Program-made: the position numbers and the translations under genes
Assembly: GCA_951812955.1 (NCBI GenBank)
Contig: OX638340.1
Location: 1,856,001 to 1,920,000 of the forward strand
DNA: 64,000 nt
Source of the DNA: an uncultured Gemmatimonadota bacterium
GTDB taxonomy: Bacteria > JAAXHH01
Direction: 5' to 3'
Shown: piece after piece, positions 28,416-36,982 of the stretch
Layout of the letters: the number at the start of each line of letters is the position of its first letter
How positions within the stretch are numbered: position 1 is the stretch's first letter
The notes under the pieces: generated by a model
Told to the model about the DNA's origin: nothing
What the model saw: only the letters and a program-made list of their open reading frames with translations
Databases searched by the model: none

Positions 28416-29108
28416 TTGTCCATCTCAGCAATCTCATTCGATGGCGACATGACACTTTGGGACTTTCAGAAGGTCATGCGCCATTCATTAAAAAAAGCTC
28501 TGGCAGCACTTCGCGGGCTGGTTCCGACCCAACGCGCTGTGGACCTTTCCGTGGAGGAAATGATTGCGATTCGCGGTGAGGTCGAAGAAGAAGTGAAGGG
28601 CAGGATCTGGAACCACGAGGAAATCAGGCGGCTCTCCTTCGAGCGGACACTCGAAATCATCGGCCGCCCGGATCGTGAAATCGCTGCCTATCTCAATAAG
28701 GTATACCTGAAACACCGTTTCGAAGACATCGAATTGTATCCCGACGTCATCCCTACTTTCGATGAACTGGCACCTCATTACAAGCTGGGTCTGCTGTCAA
28801 ACGGAAACAGTTATCCGGAACGCTGTGGGTTGGAGGCACGTTTTGCCTTTGTCATCTTCTCGCAGGATGTACAAATTAGGAAACCAGACCGGAGAATCTT
28901 CGAGATAACCGCGCAGAAAGCGGGCTGCCCATTGGAGGAGCTGTTGCACGTAGGGGATTCTCTGAAAAACGACGTCGCTGGGGCGAATGCAGCAGGCGCA
29001 CGATCGGTCTGGTTGAATCGCGACAGTCAGGCAAGTCACTCTGGGTTCGCGGCGGAATTTGAAATCGCTACATTGGCCGACCTTCCAGCAGTTCTGGAAA
29101 ATGACTGA
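28416..29108 (+). CDS. HAD-superfamily hydrolase
   Basis: DxD motif FDGDMTLWD, a LLSNG motif and C-terminal GDSLKNDV. Confidence 0.8.
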   Translation: MSISAISFDGDMTLWDFQKVMRHSLKKALAALRGLVPTQRAVDLSVEEMIAIRGEVEEEVKGRIWNHEEIRRLSFERTLEIIGRPDREIAAYLNKVYLKHRFEDIELYPDVIPTFDELAPHYKLGLLSNGNSYPERCGLEARFAFVIFSQDVQIRKPDRRIFEITAQKAGCPLEELLHVGDSLKNDVAGANAAGARSVWLNRDSQASHSGFAAEFEIATLADLPAVLEND

Positions 29109-29180
29109 TTTGGGGCAGATTGTTCAAATCACGCTTGGAAGTACAGATATGCACAATTGGGTATCGGAAAGGAGCTTCAT

Positions 29181-29972
29181 ATGATCATCCACAAACTGGT
29201 CGCAGCCACTTGCATGATCGGTCTGGGAATGTACGGCTGTTCCTCTTCAGAGATTCCTGAGGACCCGCCGGTCCAGACCGAGCAGGTCGCATGGGGATAC
29301 GGTGACGAGAACGGACCGGACGTCTGGGGCCAGTTAAGCCCGGATTTCGCCTTATGTGCCGAGGGATCGCTGCAATCTCCGATCGACCTTGCGAATGCCA
29401 CGTCGTCGGAACTTCCCGAAATCGTCTTCAACTATAGTCCGTCGGCGGTGAATATCCACCATAACGGCCACACGATTGAAGTGGCGCCCACCGGGGAAAA
29501 CTCGATTGAGATCGATGGTGTACGTTACGCGCTTCTGCAGTTCCATTTCCACGCTCCGAGCGAGCACTCGGTGGACGGCCGGTTATTCGACATGGAAATG
29601 CACCTCGTGCACCGGAACGAAGAAGGCACCCTGGCAGTTATCGGAGTTCTGATCGAGCAGGGCGCCGACAATGCGACGTTCGGTCCCCTGTGGACGAATA
29701 TGCCGGACACGCCCGGCGTAACGAACAGCGTAGAGAACGCCACCGTTGATGCCGGCGACTTGCTGCCGGGCGACAGGCAGACCTATCGCTATGACGGCTC
29801 GTTGACTACACCGCCGTGTTCAGAAGGTGTCAAATGGAACGTGCTGACAACGCCCATTGAACTGTCCGAACCGCAGATCGCCGCTTTCAAAGCAGTTGTC
29901 CATGACAACAATCGGCCGGTACAGCCGCTGAATGAGCGTGAACTGCTTTCGGATGGTGCTGGAGAAGGCTAG
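29181..29972 (+). CDS. Alpha-class carbonic anhydrase, probable lipoprotein
   Basis: QSPIDL, zinc ligands in QFHFHAPSEH and EMHLVH, and GSLTTPPCSEGV. Lipobox-like LGMYGC. AAGGAG lies 6 nt upstream of the ATG at 29181; the ORF opens at 29157. Confidence 0.9.
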   Translation: MIIHKLVAATCMIGLGMYGCSSSEIPEDPPVQTEQVAWGYGDENGPDVWGQLSPDFALCAEGSLQSPIDLANATSSELPEIVFNYSPSAVNIHHNGHTIEVAPTGENSIEIDGVRYALLQFHFHAPSEHSVDGRLFDMEMHLVHRNEEGTLAVIGVLIEQGADNATFGPLWTNMPDTPGVTNSVENATVDAGDLLPGDRQTYRYDGSLTTPPCSEGVKWNVLTTPIELSEPQIAAFKAVVHDNNRPVQPLNERELLSDGAGEG

Positions 29973-30077
29973 GCCAGCAAGAATATCAGTCGAGGGGGAG
30001 AAACACTTTCTTTGGTTTGGAACGGGCCGAGGAAAACGGCTGTTGTCGTCGGCCCGCTTCTCCTTCAGCGTACCTTC

Positions 30078-30155
30078 TCAGCCCCGCCCCGTTGCAGCGC
30101 GGTCTCGAAATCAGCCCCGCCCCGCCAGCGGAATCCCGTACCGCTGCAGCGTGGT
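30078..30155. repeat. Degenerate echo of the MFS gene 3' end
   Basis: TCAGCCCCGCCCCG is exact at 30078-30091 and at 30111-30124, the latter containing the real stop. The flanking TTGCAGCGCGGT (30092-30103) resembles CTGCAGCGTGGT (30144-30155). Confidence 0.6.
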
Positions 30156-31415
30156 AATGAGCGTCGGGCGACCGAGGCGGATCCGGCCGTCGTTCAGCAG
30201 GTAGGAAAACAGATAGCCCGCACCGAGCATGATAATCCCTATGAGGAAACAGTACATGACTGCGCGATCGGGATAGACGTCTTTCAGGTACCCCACGTAC
30301 AGCGGACCGAAGATCCCCGCGGCGGCCCACGCGGTCAGCACCGCGCCGTAGATGGTGGACATCTTCTTCGTGCCGAACACGTCGAGGACGAAGGAAGGCA
30401 TGGTGGCGAAACCGCCGCCGAAGCAGAGCAGCACGTAGCAGACCAGCGCGGAGAAGACCCAGGGGTTCGTCTCGGTCATGAGTATGCCGAAGACTACCAT
30501 CTGGCTGCCGAGCAACACCCTGAAAACCGTAACCCTTCCGAACCGGTCGGACAGCAGTCCCCAGAACAGCCGCCCCAGTCCGTTGCAGATCGAGCTGACC
30601 GCGATGAGGGTAGCCCCGTACTCGGCCAGCATGGTGGGTTCGATTGAATCATCCGCCAGGCCCCAGATCTCCTGCAGAATTTCCGACTGGAAGCTGACGA
30701 CAGATATCCCGGCCGCAATGTTGAAGAAAAATACGATCCACATGAAGACGAACTGCGTCGTACCCAGGTAGGCGCGGGCGTACTTCGGTTCGTCGGCCTC
30801 ATCGGGATCGGTCGCGGTAGTCGACGGACCCGTGGGATCCGGCGGCGGGTCGGTCAGCGCCAGGCTGCAGGGGATGAGAATCAGGGCAAAGATGATACCG
30901 AGCCAGAAGAAGACTTCTGGCAATGCGCCCGCGGTCCGGACGATGAGGAAGGGCGCAAGGCCCTTGCTAAGCAGGAACGCCCCCACGCCGAATCCCATGA
31001 CGACGATCCCGGTAGCCAGGCCCTTGCGATCCGGAAACCACTTGGCCACGGTGGCGACCGGCGTGACGTACCCCAGCCCGATGCCCGCGCCGCCAATCAC
31101 TCCGTAGCCGAGATAGAACAACGGGATACTGTTCATCTCAAGTGCCAGGCCCGAGACCAGGTAACCGCACGCGAACAGGAAGCTGCCTATAAGGGCGAGT
31201 TTGCGCGGTCCCATCTTCGGCAGCATATTCCCGGCCCAGGCTGCCGATACGCCGAGGGTAAAGATGGCGATGCTGAAGGCCCAGGCCGTCTCGGTGTGGG
31301 TCCAACCGATCTGGCGCACCAGTATCGTCTGGAAGAAACTCCAGGCGTATACCGTGCCGAAGCAGACCTGCAGCGCCGTGCAGAAGAGCGCGATGGCGCT
31401 TCGGGGAATGCGCAT
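30111..31415 (-). CDS. MFS transporter, oxalate/formate antiporter (OFA)-like
   Basis: N-terminus ALFCTALQVCFGTVYAWSFFQ is typical of the OFA subfamily, with about 12 hydrophobic segments. AGGAGG lies 9 nt upstream of the ATG at 31415 and overlaps the upstream stop; the ORF opens at 31463. Confidence 0.8.
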   Translation of the reverse strand: MRIPRSAIALFCTALQVCFGTVYAWSFFQTILVRQIGWTHTETAWAFSIAIFTLGVSAAWAGNMLPKMGPRKLALIGSFLFACGYLVSGLALEMNSIPLFYLGYGVIGGAGIGLGYVTPVATVAKWFPDRKGLATGIVVMGFGVGAFLLSKGLAPFLIVRTAGALPEVFFWLGIIFALILIPCSLALTDPPPDPTGPSTTATDPDEADEPKYARAYLGTTQFVFMWIVFFFNIAAGISVVSFQSEILQEIWGLADDSIEPTMLAEYGATLIAVSSICNGLGRLFWGLLSDRFGRVTVFRVLLGSQMVVFGILMTETNPWVFSALVCYVLLCFGGGFATMPSFVLDVFGTKKMSTIYGAVLTAWAAAGIFGPLYVGYLKDVYPDRAVMYCFLIGIIMLGAGYLFSYLLNDGRIRLGRPTLITTLQRYGIPLAGRG

Positions 31416-31428
31416 CGCTTTTATCCTC

Positions 31429-32169
31429 CTACCGTGCCTTCTCCGGCGGCGCGCCGGGCGCACTGGAGTCGGGCGACTGATCGGAGATGTGGCGGAAGAG
31501 ACGGGCCAGATCGCCTACTTCGTCGTCCCGTCCAAGGAGATCGTCCGCCGAGGCTTCCGTTTCCTTGTTGCCCGCGATATTGACGGCGTAGGCGAGTAGC
31601 TCCGCGAGGGGTTTTGCTGCGAGATTGACGAGCCAGATCGAAGCAAGAACGCCCACGACGAGGAATATGCAAATGAGGATTACCTGCTGGCCGATGGCGC
31701 GCTGGATCTTGAGGGCGACCTCATCCTGGTCCATGCCTACGTGCACCGTGCCCGCCACGCCCGCCAGGATGGGACTGCCGACCTCCAGGAAATCACCCAG
31801 GCCGGGGATGCTTCGCTCCACGGGCTCGAGATTCGAATGATCGCTCGCGAGAATCTGCTCGGGTATGCCGGGCACGAAGGTATGGGCGAGATACTCGCCG
31901 TCCTCACTGGTGATGTAGATGTACCGGATACCCTGAATTTCTACGAACTGATCGATCATCGATTGCAGCGTCGCCAGGTTTCGGTTGAGCAGGATGTCGA
32001 CGCTGGCGTCAGCAACGCTCTTGGCGATGTTCTGACTGTTAGACTCGTATTCCGCCGTCAGTTGTGTATCTACGGTGTATATGCACAGGGCCGAGGTGGA
32101 GAGGACGATGACGCCGAAGAGCAGAAAGATCCCGAAACGGGTGCGCTGGAACAGTTTTTGTATTTTCAT
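31429..32169 (-). CDS. Membrane sensor-like protein: extracytoplasmic domain + TM + HAMP, no output domain
   Basis: TM1 (FGIFLLFGVIVLSTSALCIY), a ~140-aa periplasmic domain (IRYIYITSEDGEYLAHTF), TM2 and a HAMP-like segment (AAKPLAELLAYAVNIAGN...GRDDEVGDLARLFRHI). The protein ends about 20 aa later. Confidence 0.7.
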   Translation of the reverse strand: MKIQKLFQRTRFGIFLLFGVIVLSTSALCIYTVDTQLTAEYESNSQNIAKSVADASVDILLNRNLATLQSMIDQFVEIQGIRYIYITSEDGEYLAHTFVPGIPEQILASDHSNLEPVERSIPGLGDFLEVGSPILAGVAGTVHVGMDQDEVALKIQRAIGQQVILICIFLVVGVLASIWLVNLAAKPLAELLAYAVNIAGNKETEASADDLLGRDDEVGDLARLFRHISDQSPDSSAPGAPPEKAR

Positions 32170-32170
32170 G

Positions 32171-33550
32171 TCAGGAAAGCCAGCTTTGCCAGTCGTCCAG
32201 AGTAACGAACCGGCCCTCTTCTACGACGGTATAGTAGACGGTTTGCAGCCCCTGCCGGCGGTCAGGACCGAAGGAGACCCGCTCGCTGATCCCGAGATCG
32301 TAGTTTTCGACCGAGAACACCGCATCCTCCAACCCGTCCCTTTCTGGATTTCCTCCCAGGCGCCGCAGGATCTCGGTCATCAGCTTGGCGTCCAGAAAAC
32401 CCTCGAGACTGACGAAACTCTGCGGAAACGGGCTGTATGCCTCCTTGACGAGTTCCTCGGGAACTGCGGGATCATAGCGTTCCATCAGTTCGCGATATTC
32501 CTGCACTGCGGGAATGGACGTGTCCTCGTAGCTCGGGACCACCTGGGAGTTGACGAGATAACGTGAGTAGGTCTCCACGTCCTCTCCCAGATCGCCGAGC
32601 AATTGGAGCATGTTCTCGCTTCCCACGAATGAAAGGTTGGCGATGGGAACCCGCAGGTCGCGGTCGACGGCGTCGCGTGCGAAGGCCGCGCAGGCCGCGT
32701 ACGACCCGATGCAGATGACGGCGTCCGGAGAATTCGCCTTGAGGATTTCCACCTGTTCCCGCATGCTGCCCGTGAATCGCTGGCCCCTGCGGTAGGTCGC
32801 TTCGCCCGCGAGTCGTTCGCCGTGCCTGTCGAGTGCCGCCCGTACCCCGGCCCAGCCGCTTCTGCCGTAGGCATCCGCCTGGTAGAATACGCCGATTTTC
32901 CTTTTGCCCGCGGCGAGGAAATTGTTCACGAGTCCGGCTGTCTCCTGCCGGTAGGAAGCCCGGAGGTTGAAGGCGAAATCACCATACGGCGGTTCCCGCT
33001 GGGGCTGGGCGCCGGTGAAAGGGAAGAAAAGGTAGACCTGCTCATCCTGGAACTTCTTCAGAAGAGGAAGCACGCGCGTTACGGTCGGCGTGCCCACGTA
33101 CCCGAAGAGCAGGAACACGTTGTCCTCGAGCATGAGATTCATGGTGTTCCGTACACAGGGATCCGGCTGGTACCCGTCGTCGTATAGCTTCAGGGTGATC
33201 TTGCGACCCGCTACACCTCCGTTGTCGTTGACGTAGTTGAAATACGCCATCGCCCCGCGGTACAACTCGCTTCCAAGGCCCCTGGAAGGACCCGAAAAGG
33301 CGGCCGACATGCCCAGGACGATTTCATCGTCCGTGGCGCCTTCAAAGCCGGTTTCGATTTCCTGTGCTGAGACCATGTTCGCTCCTCCCAGTACGGTATC
33401 GGCGCCCCTCCAGCCCGCGCCGGAAACCGCCAACAATCCCGCGAGGCCTCGGCGCAGCATGGTCCTTCGCGTTAACAACGGCAAAGGAGACTCGGGTTTT
33501 TTCCCGGATTGACCGTTACCGTCACGCACATTCATACGTTTCCTCGTCAT
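32171..33550 (-). CDS. Type I periplasmic binding protein (Leu/Ile/Val-binding family), Tat-type signal
   Basis: Twin-arginine region LTRRTMLRRGLAGLLAVSGAG. The mature part has a Peripla_BP_6-like pattern (IVLGMSAAFSGPSRGLG...YDDGYQP...). Its stop lies 1 nt from the next start. Confidence 0.8.
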   Translation of the reverse strand: MTRKRMNVRDGNGQSGKKPESPLPLLTRRTMLRRGLAGLLAVSGAGWRGADTVLGGANMVSAQEIETGFEGATDDEIVLGMSAAFSGPSRGLGSELYRGAMAYFNYVNDNGGVAGRKITLKLYDDGYQPDPCVRNTMNLMLEDNVFLLFGYVGTPTVTRVLPLLKKFQDEQVYLFFPFTGAQPQREPPYGDFAFNLRASYRQETAGLVNNFLAAGKRKIGVFYQADAYGRSGWAGVRAALDRHGERLAGEATYRRGQRFTGSMREQVEILKANSPDAVICIGSYAACAAFARDAVDRDLRVPIANLSFVGSENMLQLLGDLGEDVETYSRYLVNSQVVPSYEDTSIPAVQEYRELMERYDPAVPEELVKEAYSPFPQSFVSLEGFLDAKLMTEILRRLGGNPERDGLEDAVFSVENYDLGISERVSFGPDRRQGLQTVYYTVVEEGRFVTLDDWQSWLS

Positions 33551-33566
33551 CTCATGAGCCGCAAAT

Positions 33567-33598
33567 AGTCTGCCAACCGTAAATTACGGCAGTCTGTC
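33567..33598 (-). promoter_or_regulatory. Palindrome CCGTAAATTACGG flanked by AGTCTG direct repeats upstream of the PBP gene
   Basis: Perfect 6+1+6 palindrome at 33577-33589, which is 27-39 nt upstream of the start codon at 33550. AGTCTG occurs at 33567 and 33591. Confidence 0.3.
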
Positions 33599-33732
33599 AG
33601 CCACGACCTGGCTGAAATGTTGACTAAACCGGAAACCGCTGAATTGAAGTCTGATATTCGAAATGTAGTGATTGTTACCGCGTCAGATGCAGTTGTGTTG
33701 AATCAAAATGATAAAACCGGAACAACTTCGTT

Positions 33733-33778
33733 GCAAGGTATTTTTGTGTCCTTGCTCAAGGTCCCGCGGGACTTTGAG
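33733..33778 (-). terminator. Two adjacent hairpins downstream of the aminotransferase gene
   Basis: Inverted repeat CTCAAGGTCCCG/CGGGACTTTGAG (33755-33778, one mismatch) and GCAAGG/CCTTGC (33733-33738 / 33750-33755). No clear U-tract on the minus strand. Confidence 0.3.
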
Positions 33779-33834
33779 CCGCTTCAATATCGAATAGGAT
33801 ACGCAATATCTTCTTTGAAATTCAACCGGCGAAA

Positions 33835-35289
33835 TCAATCCTCTGCAGGGCCGTATCCGCTGTAAGGTTCCGGAAGACCCTTACTCGCCACATCTTCCAT
33901 CACATCGCAGAAGTAATCCAGCTCGGGCAACGTAGTGTACAGATTCGACGAGATACGGACCCACCGCCGGCTGGAGTCCGTCCTGTCGTAACGGCCCCGG
34001 GACGTCTGGATCTGATGTTCATCCCATAGATAGTCTCGCATCCCGGTCGGATCAACCCCATCAATCCCGACCCCGGCAATACAGCAACTCATTTCAGGGG
34101 CCGTCGGCGTGTATACTTGAATCCTCGGATGCGTCTGAAGCCGTTCCGCCCAGTGGTTCTTCAGATACCGGAGCCGTTCTTCCTTGCGTTTCGATCCAAT
34201 GGCGTTGTGGAAGGCGAGGGCTTCGCCGATGGCAAGAAACGGCGCATGGGACAGGGTTCCGACGGACTCGTATTTCAGCATGCTTGTTCTGGGGTTGTAA
34301 CGGCGGCTCCTGGCCGGACCGTACAACGGCTCTATCTTCTCAACGTGATCGCGTTTCATGTAAAGCATCCCGGTCCCTTTCGGCGCGCTGAGCCACTTGT
34401 GCAGACTCGTACCGTAATAATCGCAACCCAGTTCCGAGACCTTGAAGTCTAGTTGGCCGACCGCATGGGCGCCGTCCACGACGACTTCGATACCGTACCG
34501 GTGCGCCAGGTCGCAGATACGCCGGACCGGGAACACCTGTCCGGTGGTATAGGTGATGTGGGACACGAGGATCAATCGCGTCTTCGGTGTGATGGCGCGC
34601 TCGAAGATCCCCACCAGGTCGTCCAGCGACTGTGCGGGCAGCGGCACCGGCGCCTGAACCAGCTTGATCCCCTCCTGCTTTTCCCGGTTCCTCAAGGCGC
34701 TCACCATGGAAGAGTAATCATGCGTCGTGGTAAGTACCTCGTCTCCCGGGTTCAGGGGAATGCCGTACAGGACCGTCTTGAGCGCCTCGGTCGTATTGCG
34801 TACGAGGGCGATTTCATCGGGACTGCTCCCGAAGAGGCGCGCCAGGGACCTCTTCACGGTACTCTCCTGGTCTCTGGCCTTTTGAACGTACAGGCCGTAC
34901 GGTCCCTGTTCCTGTTCCCATATGTACCGCACAACCGCTTCCGTGACGACGCGGGGCGACGGGCAGGTATAGCCGTTGTCCAGGTTGATCAGGCTTCGGT
35001 TCACGGTAAAGGCCTGCTTGACTTCGCTCCAGAGCCCTTCGTCACGGGCGGCCTGCTGCGGCGTCAGGTCCGAGATTTCGCTTACCGCCGCCTCGACTCC
35101 CCGGAACGAAGCGGGACCGAGGAACGTTGCCAGCCCTGCGGTCATGCCGGCGGTTTTCAGGAAGTGACGCCGTTCCATGGCATTCGGGCGTTCCACGGGA
35201 CGGTCGTTTTCTTCGAGACGGTCGTTTTCTTCGTTTTGCGGTCTCATCGTGCTTCTCCTTTTCCGGGCCGTTTCTGCCATCCCGGTCAT
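33835..35289 (-). CDS. Class V aminotransferase/cysteine-desulfurase-like PLP enzyme with Tat signal
   Basis: Tat motif ERRHFLKTAGMTAGLATFLG. PLP-lysine region YGTSLHKWLSAPKGTG and DGAHAVG. Start ambiguous (M1, M15 or M38). Confidence 0.8.
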   Translation of the reverse strand: MTGMAETARKRRSTMRPQNEENDRLEENDRPVERPNAMERRHFLKTAGMTAGLATFLGPASFRGVEAAVSEISDLTPQQAARDEGLWSEVKQAFTVNRSLINLDNGYTCPSPRVVTEAVVRYIWEQEQGPYGLYVQKARDQESTVKRSLARLFGSSPDEIALVRNTTEALKTVLYGIPLNPGDEVLTTTHDYSSMVSALRNREKQEGIKLVQAPVPLPAQSLDDLVGIFERAITPKTRLILVSHITYTTGQVFPVRRICDLAHRYGIEVVVDGAHAVGQLDFKVSELGCDYYGTSLHKWLSAPKGTGMLYMKRDHVEKIEPLYGPARSRRYNPRTSMLKYESVGTLSHAPFLAIGEALAFHNAIGSKRKEERLRYLKNHWAERLQTHPRIQVYTPTAPEMSCCIAGVGIDGVDPTGMRDYLWDEHQIQTSRGRYDRTDSSRRWVRISSNLYTTLPELDYFCDVMEDVASKGLPEPYSGYGPAED

Positions 35290-35340
35290 CCAATGAGGTA
35301 TTCAGCGAAATGAGTGCTACTGACTCAATGAAAAGTGTCC

Positions 35341-35368
35341 TTGACTCGCATCCTACTGTTTTTAAACT
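35341..35368 (+). promoter_or_regulatory. Candidate sigma-70-type promoter TTGACT-N16-TAAACT
   Basis: Hexamers at 35341-35346 and 35363-35368, about 200 nt upstream of the methyltransferase gene at 35571. Confidence 0.3.
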
Positions 35369-35570
35369 GATGACATCGGACCCGCTCGACGGATAGAAGA
35401 ACCGGGAAACCCGCTTCCCCTTACCTTTTTACACCGTGACCCCATATAAACTTGTGAAAAACATGGCTTCAAGCGCAGCATCCCGTCAGGTCAACGTTTA
35501 CACCGATTTCATTAACGACGAATCGAAGTGATCTGCCCGTCCAGATGTTAACCAGGAAAGAGAATCATCC

Positions 35571-36254
35571 ATGAACCCAAGCCTGCGACAGAGCATGAAC
35601 GAGTATTACGATGAACGAGCGGCCGAGTTCGACGAGATCTACACACTGGGCAAGCCGCCTGGTACGGTCACAGATCCGGAGCTATACAAAAAAGAGGCCC
35701 GGTCGCTGGCGCATCTCGTCCGGGTACACTGTCGCGGCAGCATCCTCGATATTCCCTGCGGAACGGGCTACTGGCTTCAGTTCTACGCCGCAAACTGTTC
35801 GGCGATCACGCTCGTGGACCAGTCGGAGAACATGCTGCGGGAAGGAAGAGAAAAAGCGCGCAAGCATGGCGTCGAGCCAATCACCACGTTCGTGGAGGCC
35901 GATGCCCTTGAAGTGCCGTTGGAAGACCGGTCATTCGATACCGTCCTGGTGGGCTTCTTCCTCAGTCACGTCACGGATAGCCAGATTGCGCTGTTTTTCA
36001 ATACACTGCGAAACCTGCTGAAACCGGACGGCCGCATGCTCATCCTGGACTCCAACTGGACCCGCTACCGCGGATCACGGCCCAAGGAAGGGACCACGTT
36101 GCGTACGCTCAATGACGGACGTAAATTCGAGATCTACAAGCGGTACTTTGAAGGGACCGATTTCGACCGGATGTCGGAGACCTGCGGAATGGATTTCACC
36201 GTGCGGCACGACGGCAAGCTTTACCTCGGCGTCACAGGCACGCTGCGTGATTGA
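35571..36254 (+). CDS. Class I SAM-dependent methyltransferase
   Basis: Motif I ILDIPCGTGYW, followed by LVDQSENML and LKPDGRMLILD. Confidence 0.8.
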   Translation: MNPSLRQSMNEYYDERAAEFDEIYTLGKPPGTVTDPELYKKEARSLAHLVRVHCRGSILDIPCGTGYWLQFYAANCSAITLVDQSENMLREGREKARKHGVEPITTFVEADALEVPLEDRSFDTVLVGFFLSHVTDSQIALFFNTLRNLLKPDGRMLILDSNWTRYRGSRPKEGTTLRTLNDGRKFEIYKRYFEGTDFDRMSETCGMDFTVRHDGKLYLGVTGTLRD

Positions 36255-36262
36255 ATCAGATT

Positions 36263-36973
36263 ATGCGAATCAAGCCAGTACCTGAAAAGCTGAAACCGGA
36301 GAACCTGAATCGGGCAACCATCGCCTATTACAACCTGCGGCAGGTTCATGGCGACATGCCTCACAGGATCCCAAGGGGGCCCTCGCCTGATCTGCCTGAC
36401 GAACAAGCCAGGATGATCCGGGAATCTCGGGAGGCCATGCGGGGCCGAAGGGTACTCGAGGTAGCGAGCGGTACGGGATCGGCGTCCAGGGAAATCGCGG
36501 TGACCGCAGTGTCTGTCACGGGCGTGGAGATCGCTTCCAATATGTTGAGCATCGCTAAAGAAAGCGATAACCCGTCCAACGTAAGTTACCTGGCTGGCGA
36601 CGCATTCGACCTTGAATCCATAGCGTCAGGTGAGCGCTTCGACGGTGGATTCGCATCTGGGTTTATGCACACCTGTCCTTCCTCGAGGTATTTGGAATTC
36701 CTGGATGGTTTTCACGGGCGGCTCGAGAAGGGCTCTACCGTATTCATGCGGTCGTCCAGACCGACAAGTCCTGATGCGGTAAGCAGGCTTTTCCGGGTTG
36801 AAGGTCACGCGGACCAGTTCATGACACGGCAGTTGTCCGATGGCTCCGAATATGTCATGGTCGAGAACGATCCGACCGAAGACGAACTCAGGCGCATATT
36901 CGAACCCCTGTCGAAGAACCTCATGGTGCATATCGGAAACTACTGGTGGTGGATCAGGTACGAACTGCCCTGA
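36263..36973 (+). CDS. Class I SAM-dependent methyltransferase
   Basis: Motif I VLEVASGTGSAS, followed by GVEIASNML. The ORF opens at a TTG at 36251 that overlaps the upstream stop; the ATG at 36263 is preferred. Confidence 0.7.
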   Translation: MRIKPVPEKLKPENLNRATIAYYNLRQVHGDMPHRIPRGPSPDLPDEQARMIRESREAMRGRRVLEVASGTGSASREIAVTAVSVTGVEIASNMLSIAKESDNPSNVSYLAGDAFDLESIASGERFDGGFASGFMHTCPSSRYLEFLDGFHGRLEKGSTVFMRSSRPTSPDAVSRLFRVEGHADQFMTRQLSDGSEYVMVENDPTEDELRRIFEPLSKNLMVHIGNYWWWIRYELP

Positions 36974-36982
36974 GGCGGCTTC

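Noticed and set aside
30023-30054. Hairpin CGGGCCGA...TCGGCCCG as the terminator for the convergent CA and MFS genes
   Set aside because: The 8-bp stem encloses an 18-nt loop and there is no U-tract on either strand. It is possible, but not strong enough to call.
33617-33865. 82-aa + strand ORF in the spacer
   Set aside because: It overlaps the 3' end of the aminotransferase gene, has no SD or family signal, and lies in a region better explained by hairpins and an operator.
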